DNA of 64,000 nucleotides, taken from Candidatus Rifleibacteriota bacterium. Its GTDB lineage: Bacteria; Muiribacteriota; Ozemobacteria; Ozemobacterales; Ozemobacteraceae. Under the pieces are notes generated by a model. It made no database searches, was not told where the DNA came from, and worked only from the letters and a program-made list of their open reading frames with translations. Shown in pieces: positions 26,929 through 36,794 of this stretch (position 1 is the first letter of the stretch; every line of letters starts with the position of its first letter). The stretch spans positions 1,224 through 65,223 of the forward strand of contig JAAYNI010000071.1 in NCBI GenBank assembly GCA_012520995.1. The letters run 5' to 3'. The position numbers were made by a program, and so were the translations under genes.

Positions 26929-27019
26929 CTAGTGCTTTGTTGCAGCTAAAACTTCTCTATTAAATGACAAGCAGTCAACATGGACTATTCATGGTTATTT
27001 GATGCAACAATCGCACTAG
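26929..27019. mobile_element. 91-bp CTAG-bounded mini inverted-repeat element (MITE-like)
   Basis: Left end CTAGTGCTTTGTTGCA, right end reverse complement CTAGTGCGATTGTTGCA; relatives at 23516, 24414 and (reversed) 8100 and 23898. Confidence 0.7.
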
Positions 27020-27156
27020 AGGGAGTGTAGGGCGTATGGGGTAGAGGGTAGTGAAACACTTTTCAACTCAGTATTACAGCCAACGACTGCTTTAAGATAT
27101 TATTAAATGGTTGAAACTTTAAGATTTGAAAAACAGAGAACAAAGCCTAAAATAAA

Positions 27157-27229
27157 TGTACCCGATAACGAACAATTAGGCACAACAGTCTACTAGTACT
27201 GTGTGCCTAAAAATTTATTATCGGGTACA
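27157..27229. terminator. Long two-part stem-loop just downstream of dnaJ (probable 3' end structure)
   Basis: TGTACCCGATAA/TTATCGGGTACA (12 bp) enclosing TTAGGCACA/TGTGCCTAA (9 bp); T-rich run after it on both strands. Confidence 0.6.
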
Positions 27230-27236
27230 ATTTTTT

Positions 27237-28361
27237 CTATCCGCCGAGGACTTCCTTGAATTTGTCGAGGAAAGATTTGCCCGAGCCTATACCAGTCGCT
27301 TTTGATTCAGGGTCTTCTTCAGCCAGCTGCATCAAGAGTTCCTTTTGTCTCTTGTTCAGCTCTGTGGGAGTTCTGACGAAGATTTTAACTAGCTGATCGC
27401 CTACGCCGCCTCTAAGGGATTTTGAGCCGTAGCCTCTAAGACGGAAAATCTTGTTCGTCTGAGTTCCAGGCGGTATCTTGATTTTTACAACGCCTTTAAG
27501 AGTAGGCACTTCAATCTCGCCACCTAATGCAGCCAGAGGGAAGGTGATATCTTTTTCGCATATAATGTCGTCGCCGACTCGCTCGAAAAAGTCGTGTTTC
27601 TTCACCGTCAGGAATATATAAAGGTTGCCGTTGGGACCGCCTTTTGAGCCAGGTTCACCTTCGCCTGCAAGTTTAAGTTTGCTGCCGGTTTCTACTCCTG
27701 GAGGAATCTTCACGTCTATGTTTTGTTCGTGGCTGATTTTGCCGCTTCCCTTACAGGTTTTGCACGGTTTTTCAATGATTTCTCCAGAACCTTGGCATTG
27801 GTGGCAGGTGCGTCTCATGGCAAAGAAGCCCTGAGATATTGAAATAGAACCTGAACCGTTACAAACAGGACATTGTTTGCTGCTTGTTCCAGGCTCTGCG
27901 CCAGAACCGCCGCATTCCGTACAGTTGGCGGGTCTGTTGATTTTTATTTGTTTTTCGCAGCCGAATACGGCTTCTTCAAAATCAATTGTTAAGTCATAGC
28001 GAAGGTCGGCTCCGCGAACAGCTCCTCTGGAAGCAGATGAGTATCCGCCTCCGCCAGAGAACATGCCGGAGAAGAGATCTCCGAAGATGTCATTGAAGCT
28101 GCTGAATCCGCCAAAGTCACGGAAATCAAATCCTGCCGCATTAAGGCCGGCATGGCCAAATTGGTCATAAGCGCTTCTTTTGTCTTTGTCAGACAGAACC
28201 TGATAGGCTTCGTTTATTTCTTTGAACTTGGCATCAGCATTGGCTTCTTTGCTAACATCAGGGTGATATTTGCGGGCAAGATCCCTGAACGCTTTTTTGA
28301 TCTCGTTTTCGTCGGCATTTCTGGCGACTCCGAGCACCTCGTAATAATCACGTTTTGACAT
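27237..28361 (-). CDS. dnaJ: Chaperone DnaJ
   Basis: J domain with HPD, G/F-rich region, four CxxCxGxG motifs. Confidence 0.98.
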   Translation of the reverse strand: MSKRDYYEVLGVARNADENEIKKAFRDLARKYHPDVSKEANADAKFKEINEAYQVLSDKDKRSAYDQFGHAGLNAAGFDFRDFGGFSSFNDIFGDLFSGMFSGGGGYSSASRGAVRGADLRYDLTIDFEEAVFGCEKQIKINRPANCTECGGSGAEPGTSSKQCPVCNGSGSISISQGFFAMRRTCHQCQGSGEIIEKPCKTCKGSGKISHEQNIDVKIPPGVETGSKLKLAGEGEPGSKGGPNGNLYIFLTVKKHDFFERVGDDIICEKDITFPLAALGGEIEVPTLKGVVKIKIPPGTQTNKIFRLRGYGSKSLRGGVGDQLVKIFVRTPTELNKRQKELLMQLAEEDPESKATGIGSGKSFLDKFKEVLGG

Positions 28362-28385
28362 TAATCTGTGACTCCAGTTGTATTT

Positions 28386-28411
28386 TCCTCTCTTCCTGAA
28401 GGAAGAGAGGA
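28386..28411 (-). other. Intercistronic hairpin between dnaK and dnaJ
   Basis: TCCTCTCTTCC-4nt-GGAAGAGAGGA; no U tract in the coding direction, so more likely stabilising than terminating. Confidence 0.6.
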
Positions 28412-28425
28412 TATGTCAGTCGTTA

Positions 28426-30273
28426 TCAGTCAGCTTTTTTGAATTCAGCATCAACAACGTTCGGATCGTTATCGCTGGCTGAAGCGGTATGCCCTGCTGC
28501 GTTTGCATGTGCTTGTTGCTGCTGAGCATTGGGGTTGCCATATATGGCTTCGCCCATCTTTTGAGCTGTCTGTTGCAACTCTTCTATCTTAGCTTTGATA
28601 TTTGCGGTATCCTTGGTTTCCAGAGCCTTTTTAAGTTCATCGACTTTGCTCTGAATCTGACCTTTTAGTTCGGCCGGAATCTTGTCGCCCAAGTCGCTGA
28701 GAGTTTTTTCGGTCTGATAGACAAGGCTTTCGCCCGTATTCATTGTGTCAATATTGTCTTTCAGCTTTTTATCTTCTTCGGCGAATTGTTCAGCTTTTTT
28801 GATCATTTCGTCGATCTCATCTTTTTTCAGGCCAGAGCTGTTGGTGATAGTGATTTTCTGCTCTTTGTTGGTTCCGAGGTCTTTCGCAGAAACGTTTACT
28901 ATGCCGTTAGCGTCAATGTCGAATGTGACTTGGATTTGGGGCACGCCGCGAGGCGCGGGGGGGATGCCGACCAAATCAAAGCGTCCGAGAGTTTTATTGT
29001 CAGCCGCCATGGGTCTTTCACCCTGAAGAACGTGGACTGAAACTGCGGGCTGATTGTCTGCCGCTGTTGAGAAAACTTGGCTTTCTTGTGTCGGAATAGT
29101 AGTGTTTCTCTTAATGAGTGTAGTCATTACGCCGCCGAGAGTTTCAATTCCGAGAGAGAGGGGGGTGACGTCAAGAAGAAGAATGTCTTTTACGTCTCCG
29201 TCCAAGATACCAGCTTGGATAGCAGCACCCATAGAGACGCATTCCATTGGGTCAATTCCTCTTTCGGGCTCTTTGCCGAAGTGGTCATTGAGAAGCTTCT
29301 GGATTATGGGCATTCTTGTAGGACCGCCGACCATGATTATGTGGTCAATTTCGGATCTCTTGAAACCAGCATCGTTCAGAGCATTGTCTATAGGAGTGAG
29401 ACAGCGTTTTACAACGTCGTCGATCAGCTGTTCAAGTTTCGCTCTGGTGATGGTCATTGTAAGGTGTTTGGGACCATCCTGGTTTGCGGAAATAAAGGGC
29501 AGGTTGAGGTCTGTGCTGGTAGTGGTTGAGAGCTCAATTTTGGCCTTTTCGGCTTCTTCGCGGATTCTCTGCATTGCCATGCTGTCTTTTGACAAGTCAA
29601 TGCCTTCGGCTTTTTTGAACTCGTCAACTATGTAGTCGATAAGCCTTGCGTCCATGTCGGTGCCGCCGAGCTGAGTGTCTCCGTTGGTTGATTTAACTTC
29701 GACCAAGCCGCTTGCGAGCTCAAGAATAGTAACGTCTAGTGTTCCGCCGCCAAGGTCAAAAACCAAAATCTTTCTTTCGCCTTCTTTGTCAAGACCGTAT
29801 GCAAGAGCGGCTGCGGTAGGTTCGTTAATTATTCTCTTTACTTCAATACCTGCAATTGCGCCCGCGTCTTTGGTGGCTTGTCTTTGAGCGTCATCAAAAT
29901 AAGCTGGAACTGTGATAACAGCGCCTGTTACCTTGTCGTTTAAGAAAGCTTCAGCGTCAGCTTTAATTTTCTGAAGTATGAAAGAAGATATTTCCTGCGG
30001 AGTATAAACTTTTCCGTCTATATTATATTTATGGTTTGATCCCATTTTGCGCTTGGCGGCAAGAATGGTTCTGTCAGGGTTTGTGGTAGCCTGTCTTCTT
30101 GCGGGTTCGCCAATAAGTCTGTGTCCGTCTTTGGTAAAAGCCACAACGCTGGGGAATGCTTTTCCGCCTAGGGAATTGCCTTCCGCGCTGGGTATAATTA
30201 CCGGCTTGCCAGCTTCTATAACTGAAGCAGCCGAGTTAGATGTTCCAAGGTCTATTCCTATAACTCTTCCCAT
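28426..30273 (-). CDS. dnaK: Chaperone DnaK (Hsp70)
   Basis: [52 protein letters not shown]. Confidence 0.99.
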   Translation of the reverse strand: MGRVIGIDLGTSNSAASVIEAGKPVIIPSAEGNSLGGKAFPSVVAFTKDGHRLIGEPARRQATTNPDRTILAAKRKMGSNHKYNIDGKVYTPQEISSFILQKIKADAEAFLNDKVTGAVITVPAYFDDAQRQATKDAGAIAGIEVKRIINEPTAAALAYGLDKEGERKILVFDLGGGTLDVTILELASGLVEVKSTNGDTQLGGTDMDARLIDYIVDEFKKAEGIDLSKDSMAMQRIREEAEKAKIELSTTTSTDLNLPFISANQDGPKHLTMTITRAKLEQLIDDVVKRCLTPIDNALNDAGFKRSEIDHIIMVGGPTRMPIIQKLLNDHFGKEPERGIDPMECVSMGAAIQAGILDGDVKDILLLDVTPLSLGIETLGGVMTTLIKRNTTIPTQESQVFSTAADNQPAVSVHVLQGERPMAADNKTLGRFDLVGIPPAPRGVPQIQVTFDIDANGIVNVSAKDLGTNKEQKITITNSSGLKKDEIDEMIKKAEQFAEEDKKLKDNIDTMNTGESLVYQTEKTLSDLGDKIPAELKGQIQSKVDELKKALETKDTANIKAKIEELQQTAQKMGEAIYGNPNAQQQQAHANAAGHTASASDNDPNVVDAEFKKAD

Positions 30274-30325
30274 GATGTGTCCTCCTTGTAGGTGTTTATG
30301 GTTGAATTAAATAATTTCAAAAATA

Positions 30326-30883
30326 TTATTGAGGTCTGTTAATAACGACTTTTGCCGTTCTTAAAACTCTGTCTTTATAAGTGTAACCTTTTACAAAAAT
30401 CTGTATTACTTCGTTTTCTTCGGCGCCTTCTTTGTATGAATGGGACATAGCTTCATGGACTGTAGGATCAAAAGGCTTACCGATAGCAGGTATTTCTTTT
30501 ACTCCCGACTTTGTGAGCATATCTGAAAATTGAATTGCAAACATCTCAAAGCCGTCTGCAAAAGATTTGTCGACGTTTGCGACCGCAAGCTGTTCAACAG
30601 CTTTATCTAAGGTGTCCAATACTGGGAGAAGGTTTTTCAGAAAGTCTTCTACGCCTCTGTTGCGAGCTTCGCTCTGAGCAGTTTCAGTGCGGCGTTGCAG
30701 GTTTTGATAGTCGGCTAGAGCTCTGAAATATTTGTTCTTGGTATCCTCCAGCTCTTTTTGCAGCTGTTTAAAAGATTTATCATCTGAAGAAGTTTCAGTT
30801 TCAGCTTTTGTCTTGCTTTCCTCTGATAACTCTACTTCTTCTTGAGTGTTTTTTGGGGAGTCTTGTTTTTTGTCTTTCTTCAT
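30326..30883 (-). CDS. grpE: Nucleotide exchange factor GrpE
   Basis: RALADYQNLQRR, LLPVLD, FDPTVHEA, KGY..KDRVLRTAKV. Confidence 0.97.
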   Translation of the reverse strand: MKKDKKQDSPKNTQEEVELSEESKTKAETETSSDDKSFKQLQKELEDTKNKYFRALADYQNLQRRTETAQSEARNRGVEDFLKNLLPVLDTLDKAVEQLAVANVDKSFADGFEMFAIQFSDMLTKSGVKEIPAIGKPFDPTVHEAMSHSYKEGAEENEVIQIFVKGYTYKDRVLRTAKVVINRPQ

Positions 30884-30927
30884 CTTTTATATTCACCTTT
30901 GAAAAATAACCATGTCTAGAGCTTAAC

Positions 30928-32007
30928 TTAATGTTGGCCTATAAAAACCCGGCTTAAAGCATTTGAAAGCTGTGCCAATATAGCTACCACTTGTCCGTAG
31001 TTCATTCTCAGTGGACCTATCACGCCTATGTTGCCTATGGACTGATTAGGTCCGGAGTAGGAAGCGGTAACTAGTGACATATCATTCAAAGCCAGTCCGG
31101 AATCGGTTCCTATGTTTACCATAATCTGGGGTCGTTGATCCAGAGAATTTGAAAGAAGTTCCAATAATTCTTCTTTTTGATTCAGCATTTGCAGAAGCAT
31201 TTTCATTTTTTCCGGCTCGCTGAACTCAGGCTGTTCAAGAATATTGGCAAATCCGTCAATAAGCAGAGGGTTGTGTACGGTATGAGCTTTTTGTTGAGAC
31301 TCTTTGATCTTGGCAACCAAAGCGTTTAAAAGTTCATTATATTTTCCCAGCAGCTGTTTTATGTGATTTATCTGGCCTTGCTCGACCTTGGCATTTCTTT
31401 GATGACAGAGTTTCACGTTCAGAAGCATTACTATTCTGTCTAGCATTTCATCGGTAATGTCAGGTGCAATATCTACAACTGTATTATCTATATTGCCGAG
31501 CTGATCAATCATAATTACCATCAGTTTGTCTGAAAGAATTCTGAAAAATTTTATATGTTCCAGAGCTGCGGATTTCATTTGTGGCATTAACAACAGACCT
31601 GCCAGACCGGTTTGGTTGCAAACAAATCTGACTGCTTGTTTGAGCAGCTCTTCCAGTTCCAAGTCTTCTCTTTGAGCTAAGCTTTGCAGTTTGGTTACTA
31701 TGCTTTCTTCCAAATTGCTTATTTTCTCATACTTTATGAGGCATGAAACGTAGAATCTGTAGCCTTTTTCAGTAGGCAAGCGGCCTGCTGATGCGTGGGG
31801 GGCTGCCAGGTACCCCATTACCTCAAGGTCTGACATCTCATTGCGAATGGTCGCAGGAGAGCAGGAGAGCGAGCTCAGCTTGGACAAAGTCCTGGAGCCG
31901 ACCGGCACGCCTGTCATTATAAAAGAATCGCAAATTTCCTGAAGAATGATTTTTTGTCTTTCATTCAGGGCATCAGCGTCTATATTTTTGTTGTCAGTTA
32001 AAGGCAT
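30928..32007 (-). CDS. hrcA: Heat-inducible transcription repressor HrcA
   Basis: LNERQ..IL, PVGSRTL, SPATIRNEMSDLE, PHASAGRLPT, IGVIGP.RMNY; start moved to the ATG at 32007, downstream of the hairpin. Confidence 0.96.
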   Translation of the reverse strand: MPLTDNKNIDADALNERQKIILQEICDSFIMTGVPVGSRTLSKLSSLSCSPATIRNEMSDLEVMGYLAAPHASAGRLPTEKGYRFYVSCLIKYEKISNLEESIVTKLQSLAQREDLELEELLKQAVRFVCNQTGLAGLLLMPQMKSAALEHIKFFRILSDKLMVIMIDQLGNIDNTVVDIAPDITDEMLDRIVMLLNVKLCHQRNAKVEQGQINHIKQLLGKYNELLNALVAKIKESQQKAHTVHNPLLIDGFANILEQPEFSEPEKMKMLLQMLNQKEELLELLSNSLDQRPQIMVNIGTDSGLALNDMSLVTASYSGPNQSIGNIGVIGPLRMNYGQVVAILAQLSNALSRVFIGQH

Positions 32008-32032
32008 GTTTATAAAAATCCAGTTAATAAAA

Positions 32033-32069
32033 GCCTTTTTCTCTCCCCTTTCGGGGAAGAGAAAAAAGC
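32033..32069 (-). terminator. Terminator-like hairpin between groEL copy 2 and hrcA
   Basis: Minus strand GCTTTTTTCTCTTCCCC-GAAA-GGGGAGAGAAAAAGGC followed by TTTTATT. Confidence 0.7.
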
Positions 32070-32085
32070 GGGGAATCAAGAGAGA

Positions 32086-33702
32086 TCAGTATCCCATGTC
32101 AGGGAGTTGCGGTGTCTCGTCTTTTGGCTCAGCTACCAATACATCAGTAGTGAGCAATATAGAAACGATTGAAGCCGCGTTCTGCAAAGCTGATCTTGTG
32201 ACTTTGGCAGGGTCTATTATACCTGCTTCGAACATATCCACGTATTCGTCGGTCATAACGTTGTAACCAAGATTCTGATTATCAGAATTTGTGATCTTGT
32301 CTGCTATGATTGCAGGGTTCAATCCTGCATTTGACAAAATGGTGTTAATCGGAGCAGCGAGAGCTTTTTCCAGAATGTTTACGCCTATTCGTTCTTCGTT
32401 TGTCAGGTCGTTTTTGAAGTTTTCCAGAATTTTAGCGGCTCTGAGAAGAGTGACACCGCCGCCAGCGACAACGCCTTCTTCGACGGCTGCGCGTGTTGCG
32501 CTCAAAGCATCTTCGACTCTGGTTTTCTTTTCTTTCATTTCAGTTTCTGTAGCAGCACCGACTTTGATTACGGCGACGCCGCCAGAAAGTTTCGCAAGTC
32601 TTTCTTGGAGTCTTTCTTTTTCGAAAGAGCTGGAAGTTAGTTCCAAAGTTTTGCGAATTTGAGCCATTCTGCTCTTGAGTTGCTGAGCATCGTATCCGCC
32701 TTCTATGATAGTGGTGGATTCCTTGCCGACTATTACGCGTTTGGCTCTGCCAAGCATATTGACTGTCGCAGACTCTAGTTTTGTGCCAGTTTCTTGGGAG
32801 ATCAGAAGTCCGCCAGTGAGGATGGCCATATCTTCAAGCATAGCTTTTTTGTTGTCGCCAAAACCCGGAGCCTTTACGGCTACACAGTTGAATGTGCCTC
32901 TGAGCTTGTTGACAACCAAGGTCGCAAGCGCATCTCCAGCTATGTCTTCTGCTATGAGAAGGAGAGGGCGATTTAACTCAACTACTTTTTCCAAAATGGG
33001 CAGAAGCTCTTTAATTGCATTGACTTTGGCATCGGTTATGAGAACATACGGATTTTCCAGAACCGCTTCCATGCGCTGGGAATCTGTGGTCATGTAAGGG
33101 CTTACATAGCCTTTGTCAAATTCCATGCCGTCAACGAATTCAAGCGAACTGTCAAAAGTGCTTGCTTCTTCAACGGTAATTACGCCGTCTCTGCCTACTT
33201 TTTCCATAGCTTCGGCAATGACTTCGCCTATTTCAGGATCTCTTGCGGAAATTGTAGCTACCTGAGCTACTTTGGCTTTGTTGTCATCGATCCTTTGAGA
33301 AACATTGGCGATTTCTTCAACGATCCTGTTTACAGCTTTGTCTACGCCGCGTCTGATATAGACAGGGTTGGCTCCTGAAGCTACATTTTTGAAGCCTTCC
33401 TGAAGCATTGCTTGAGCGAGGACTGTGGCTGTGGTTGTGCCGTCGCCGGCCACATCGTTGGTTTTGCTTGCGACTTCTTTGATGAGCTGAGCGCCCATAT
33501 CTTCAAATGGGTCGGGCAAAGAAATTTCTCTGGCTATGGAAACGCCATCGTTGGTAACCGTGGGGCTTCCGTATGATTTTTCGATGACCGCATAGCAGCC
33601 CTTGGGGCCAAGGGTGGCTTTAACTGCATTAGCTACAGCTTCCACGCCTTTTGCCAAGGTTCGCCTTGCGTCTTCGTTATATTTTAATTCTTTAACGCTC
33701 AT
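32086..33702 (-). CDS. groL: Chaperonin GroEL, copy 2 (no GGM tail)
   Basis: [45 protein letters not shown]; ends PQLPDMGY. Confidence 0.98.
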   Translation of the reverse strand: MSVKELKYNEDARRTLAKGVEAVANAVKATLGPKGCYAVIEKSYGSPTVTNDGVSIAREISLPDPFEDMGAQLIKEVASKTNDVAGDGTTTATVLAQAMLQEGFKNVASGANPVYIRRGVDKAVNRIVEEIANVSQRIDDNKAKVAQVATISARDPEIGEVIAEAMEKVGRDGVITVEEASTFDSSLEFVDGMEFDKGYVSPYMTTDSQRMEAVLENPYVLITDAKVNAIKELLPILEKVVELNRPLLLIAEDIAGDALATLVVNKLRGTFNCVAVKAPGFGDNKKAMLEDMAILTGGLLISQETGTKLESATVNMLGRAKRVIVGKESTTIIEGGYDAQQLKSRMAQIRKTLELTSSSFEKERLQERLAKLSGGVAVIKVGAATETEMKEKKTRVEDALSATRAAVEEGVVAGGGVTLLRAAKILENFKNDLTNEERIGVNILEKALAAPINTILSNAGLNPAIIADKITNSDNQNLGYNVMTDEYVDMFEAGIIDPAKVTRSALQNAASIVSILLTTDVLVAEPKDETPQLPDMGY

Positions 33703-33721
33703 TTTTATCTTCCTCGGGTTG

Positions 33722-34015
33722 TCAGTTCGCTACGACAGCCAGAATGTCTTCTTCTTTGAGAATCAGATAAGAATCTTCGCCGAATTTAACTTCTGTTCCG
33801 GCATATTTGGAGAACACAACGTTGTCGTCCTTTTTTACCTGGAGAGAAATTCTCTGGCCGTCATTGTTGAGTTTGCCGGGGCCTACAGCTACCACAACGC
33901 CTTCTATGGGGCGTTCTTTGCTTGCGGTTTCAGGAAGGATAATTCCGCCTTTTGATACTTCTTCTGTTTCTTTGGGCTGTATAATAACTCTGTCATTCAA
34001 AGGTTTTAAATTCAT
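33722..34015 (-). CDS. groS: Co-chaperonin GroES
   Basis: [41 protein letters not shown]. Confidence 0.98.
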   Translation of the reverse strand: MNLKPLNDRVIIQPKETEEVSKGGIILPETASKERPIEGVVVAVGPGKLNNDGQRISLQVKKDDNVVFSKYAGTEVKFGEDSYLILKEEDILAVVAN

Positions 34016-34060
34016 TTTTAGTTTCCTTTCGTTAGGCTTTTATTGATTACGGCTTTTAAA

Positions 34061-35698
34061 TTACATCATTCCAGGCATCATGCCGCCACCCATTCCGGGC
34101 ATAGGAGCAGCTTTTTTGTCTTCGGGAAGGTCAGCTACCAAAACTTCGGTAGTCATGAGAATAGAAGCGATGGAGGTAGCGTTCTGAAGGGCTGATCTGG
34201 TGACCTTTGCAGGGTCTATGATGCCAGCTTTGAACATGTCTGTATATTCGTTTGTGAGAACGTTGTATCCGTGATTGGGTTTGTTGGCTTCTTTGATTTT
34301 AGCGATTATGAGAGAGGGCTCAAGACCTGCGTTTTCAAGAATGAAGTGAGCGGGTCTGCTGAGAGCGTTTCTCAAAATGTTGACGCCTATGCGCTCATCG
34401 CCTTCCACTTTGATTTCATCAAGGGTGGGGAGAGCGTTCAGAAGAGCGATTCCGCCGCCGGCAACAACGCCTTCTTCAACAGCTGCGCGTGTTGCGCTCA
34501 GAGCGTCTTCTACTCTGGTTTTTCTTTCTTTCATGGCTGTTTCGGTTGCCGCGCCAACTTTGATTACAGCTACGCCGCCTGAAAGTTTGGCAAGTCTTTC
34601 CTGCAGTTTTTCTTTGTCATAAGAGCTGGAGGTGTGTTCGATCTGGTTTTTGATCTGAGAGATTCTGTTGGCTATATCTTCTGTTGAGCCGGAACCTTCA
34701 ATGATGGTGGTGTTTTCTTTTGTAACCACTATCTTTTTGGCTGAACCTAAATGTTCGATGTTAGCGTTTTCGAGTTTGAGGCCGACTTCTTCGCTGATCT
34801 TGGTGCCGTTAGTCATAACAGCTATGTCTTCCAGCATGGCTTTTCTTCTGTCGCCGAATGCGGGGGCTTTAACCGCTACACAGTTGAATGTGCCTCTGAG
34901 TTTGTTTACTACGAGCATTGCAAGAGCTTCGCCTTCAATGTCTTCAGCAACAATAAGAAGAGGTCTCTTTGCCTGAACTACGCTCTCGAGAACAGGGAGA
35001 ATATCTTTGATGTTGGTGATTTTGGAGTCTGTTATAAGAACATAAGGATTGTCCAGAACAGCTTCCATTCTTTCAGCGTCTGTTACCATGTAAGGGCTGA
35101 CATAACCTTTGTCGAATTCCATGCCTTCTACAAAATCAAGGGTGGTATCAAAGCTCTTGGCTTCTTCAACTGTGATTACGCCGTCTTTGCCGACTTTATC
35201 CATTGCTTCGGCAATGAGATTGCCTATTTCTGGATCTCTGGCAGAAACAGTAGCTACCTGAGCGATACTTTCTTTGCTGTCGTCGATTCTCTTGGACTGG
35301 TTTTTGATAGATTCCAAGACTTTTGCTAAGCCTTTTTCAAGACCGCGTTTTACATAAATAGGTGTGGCGCCTGCCGTGGTGTTCTTAAAGCCTTCTTGGA
35401 CTATGGCTTGAGCCAGAACAGTGGCTGTAGTGGTGCCGTCGCCGGCTATGTCGTTGGTCTTGCTGGCGACTTCTTTTACCAGCTGAGCGCCCATGTTTTC
35501 AAATTTATCTTCAACTTCAATTTCTTTTGCTATTGATACGCCGTCATTGGTTACAGTGGGGCTTCCGAAGCTTTTGCTCAGGATAGCGTAACAACCTTTG
35601 GGGCCTAGTGTTGATCTTACTGCGTCTGCAACGGTATTAACGCCTTTTTCAAGAGCTCTTCTTGCGTCTTCTCCGTATTTAAGCTGTTTAGGTGCCAT
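34061..35698 (-). CDS. groL: Chaperonin GroEL, copy 1 (GGM tail)
   Basis: Same motifs; ends [13 protein letters not shown]; ATG at 35698 follows SD AAGGAG. Confidence 0.98.
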   Translation of the reverse strand: MAPKQLKYGEDARRALEKGVNTVADAVRSTLGPKGCYAILSKSFGSPTVTNDGVSIAKEIEVEDKFENMGAQLVKEVASKTNDIAGDGTTTATVLAQAIVQEGFKNTTAGATPIYVKRGLEKGLAKVLESIKNQSKRIDDSKESIAQVATVSARDPEIGNLIAEAMDKVGKDGVITVEEAKSFDTTLDFVEGMEFDKGYVSPYMVTDAERMEAVLDNPYVLITDSKITNIKDILPVLESVVQAKRPLLIVAEDIEGEALAMLVVNKLRGTFNCVAVKAPAFGDRRKAMLEDIAVMTNGTKISEEVGLKLENANIEHLGSAKKIVVTKENTTIIEGSGSTEDIANRISQIKNQIEHTSSSYDKEKLQERLAKLSGGVAVIKVGAATETAMKERKTRVEDALSATRAAVEEGVVAGGGIALLNALPTLDEIKVEGDERIGVNILRNALSRPAHFILENAGLEPSLIIAKIKEANKPNHGYNVLTNEYTDMFKAGIIDPAKVTRSALQNATSIASILMTTEVLVADLPEDKKAAPMPGMGGGMMPGMM

Positions 35699-35733
35699 TA
35701 TAATTCTCCTTGTGAAAAATATTTTGAGTTTTG

Positions 35734-35760
35734 TTAGCACTCATTTAAGTCGAGTGCTAA
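35734..35760. promoter_or_regulatory. CIRCE operator (HrcA binding site)
   Basis: Perfect TTAGCACTC-N9-GAGTGCTAA upstream of groEL copy 1. Confidence 0.97.
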
Positions 35761-35787
35761 TATATCATCTATTTTGCTAAATGTCAA
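35759..35787 (-). promoter_or_regulatory. sigma70-type promoter of the heat-shock cluster, overlapping CIRCE
   Basis: Minus strand TTGACA-N17-TATATT with a TG extension; the -10 overlaps the first CIRCE arm. Confidence 0.8.
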
Positions 35788-35914
35788 AAAAAGTTCGTTT
35801 TTCTTTGATTATTTTGCAATAAAAGGGAATTTTTTGAGACTTTTAGCGTTTAAATTCGTACAATTGGTGAAGAGGTGTGTACCGACAGTTATCTTTCTGA
35901 GGGAGTGTTTTTTC

Positions 35915-36781
35915 ATGTCAAATAATCAGGGCAGGAAGCCTGAGAAAATAACCTTATCTTCGGTTTTTAAACGTCTTGATCCGGGAGATTACAAATTTAT
36001 TCTTCTAGTTACTCTTTTTTTTGTAATTCCTGTTGTTATAAGCGTTTTGATATTGGTTTTTAAAGACCCTCCTGACATAGCGGCATCCAAGATTTACAGA
36101 CCTTCTGCAAGCCGTAAAAGCTCTCTGAATTTCGGAGAAGCCCAGAAAAAAAACAAAGAGAAAGTCTCCAAACGCAGCAATTTTCCTTCTATACGCAGTT
36201 ATGTGACTCCTAGTTCGCCTGTTATGCAAGAGATTGCAGAATTTAAAAAGCATATGGAAAAACACTCAAGAAACTATGTGCCGCCGATACCATTGGGAGC
36301 TTCAACTGAGCAAAAAGAGATGTTGATAGCCGAACATAATTACGATCTTTCTATTGGCAATAATTTTTATGAGCTTGGCAACTATGAGGAAGCGGAGCGT
36401 GCTTATGCCGCTGCTTTGAGAACTGCTGAACAATCAGATAATACTTTTCTTAAGGTGATGGCGATGGGCTCTTTAATAGCAGTTTATGAAGCGCAAGGTA
36501 ATAAAGAAAAAACATCGGAAGCTTATAAAAAATATGCCGAATATGCTGCAGCTCTTCCCCCAGGCTCTCAAGGCAGGATGATTGGCAAATATATGAAAGC
36601 TTCTGCAGCTATGCTTAAAGAGCTCTCTGCAAATTATAATACTTATTTGCCGGGACTTCAGAAAACTTTAGATAAAGACCTTTCTTCTAGTCCAGAAAAG
36701 AAACAGGTTATGCTGGAGAGCTTGAAGAATGCTCCCAGTATTTTCCCCGTTCAATTTGATGATATTTTCGATGACCTTTGA
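35915..36781 (+). CDS. Single-TM protein with a TPR-like domain, first gene of the pilin-like cluster
   Basis: SD GGGAG, one TM helix, IGNNFYELGNYEEAERAYAAAL TPR-like motif. Confidence 0.75.
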   Translation: MSNNQGRKPEKITLSSVFKRLDPGDYKFILLVTLFFVIPVVISVLILVFKDPPDIAASKIYRPSASRKSSLNFGEAQKKNKEKVSKRSNFPSIRSYVTPSSPVMQEIAEFKKHMEKHSRNYVPPIPLGASTEQKEMLIAEHNYDLSIGNNFYELGNYEEAERAYAAALRTAEQSDNTFLKVMAMGSLIAVYEAQGNKEKTSEAYKKYAEYAAALPPGSQGRMIGKYMKASAAMLKELSANYNTYLPGLQKTLDKDLSSSPEKKQVMLESLKNAPSIFPVQFDDIFDDL

Positions 36782-36794
36782 TATGGAGGAATGC

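Noticed and set aside
28745-35329. Long + strand ORFs antisense to dnaK and groEL (for example 29054-29635, 32705-33097, 34751-35329)
   Set aside because: Typical shadow ORFs of highly expressed, codon-biased genes; no SD or protein motifs.
35740-36794. Upstream starts in the ORF track for groEL copy 1 (35740), the TM/TPR gene (35774) and the PilX-like gene (36729)
   Set aside because: They run through CIRCE or promoter DNA or overlap the neighbouring gene; SD-supported ATGs lie at 35698, 35915 and 36795.
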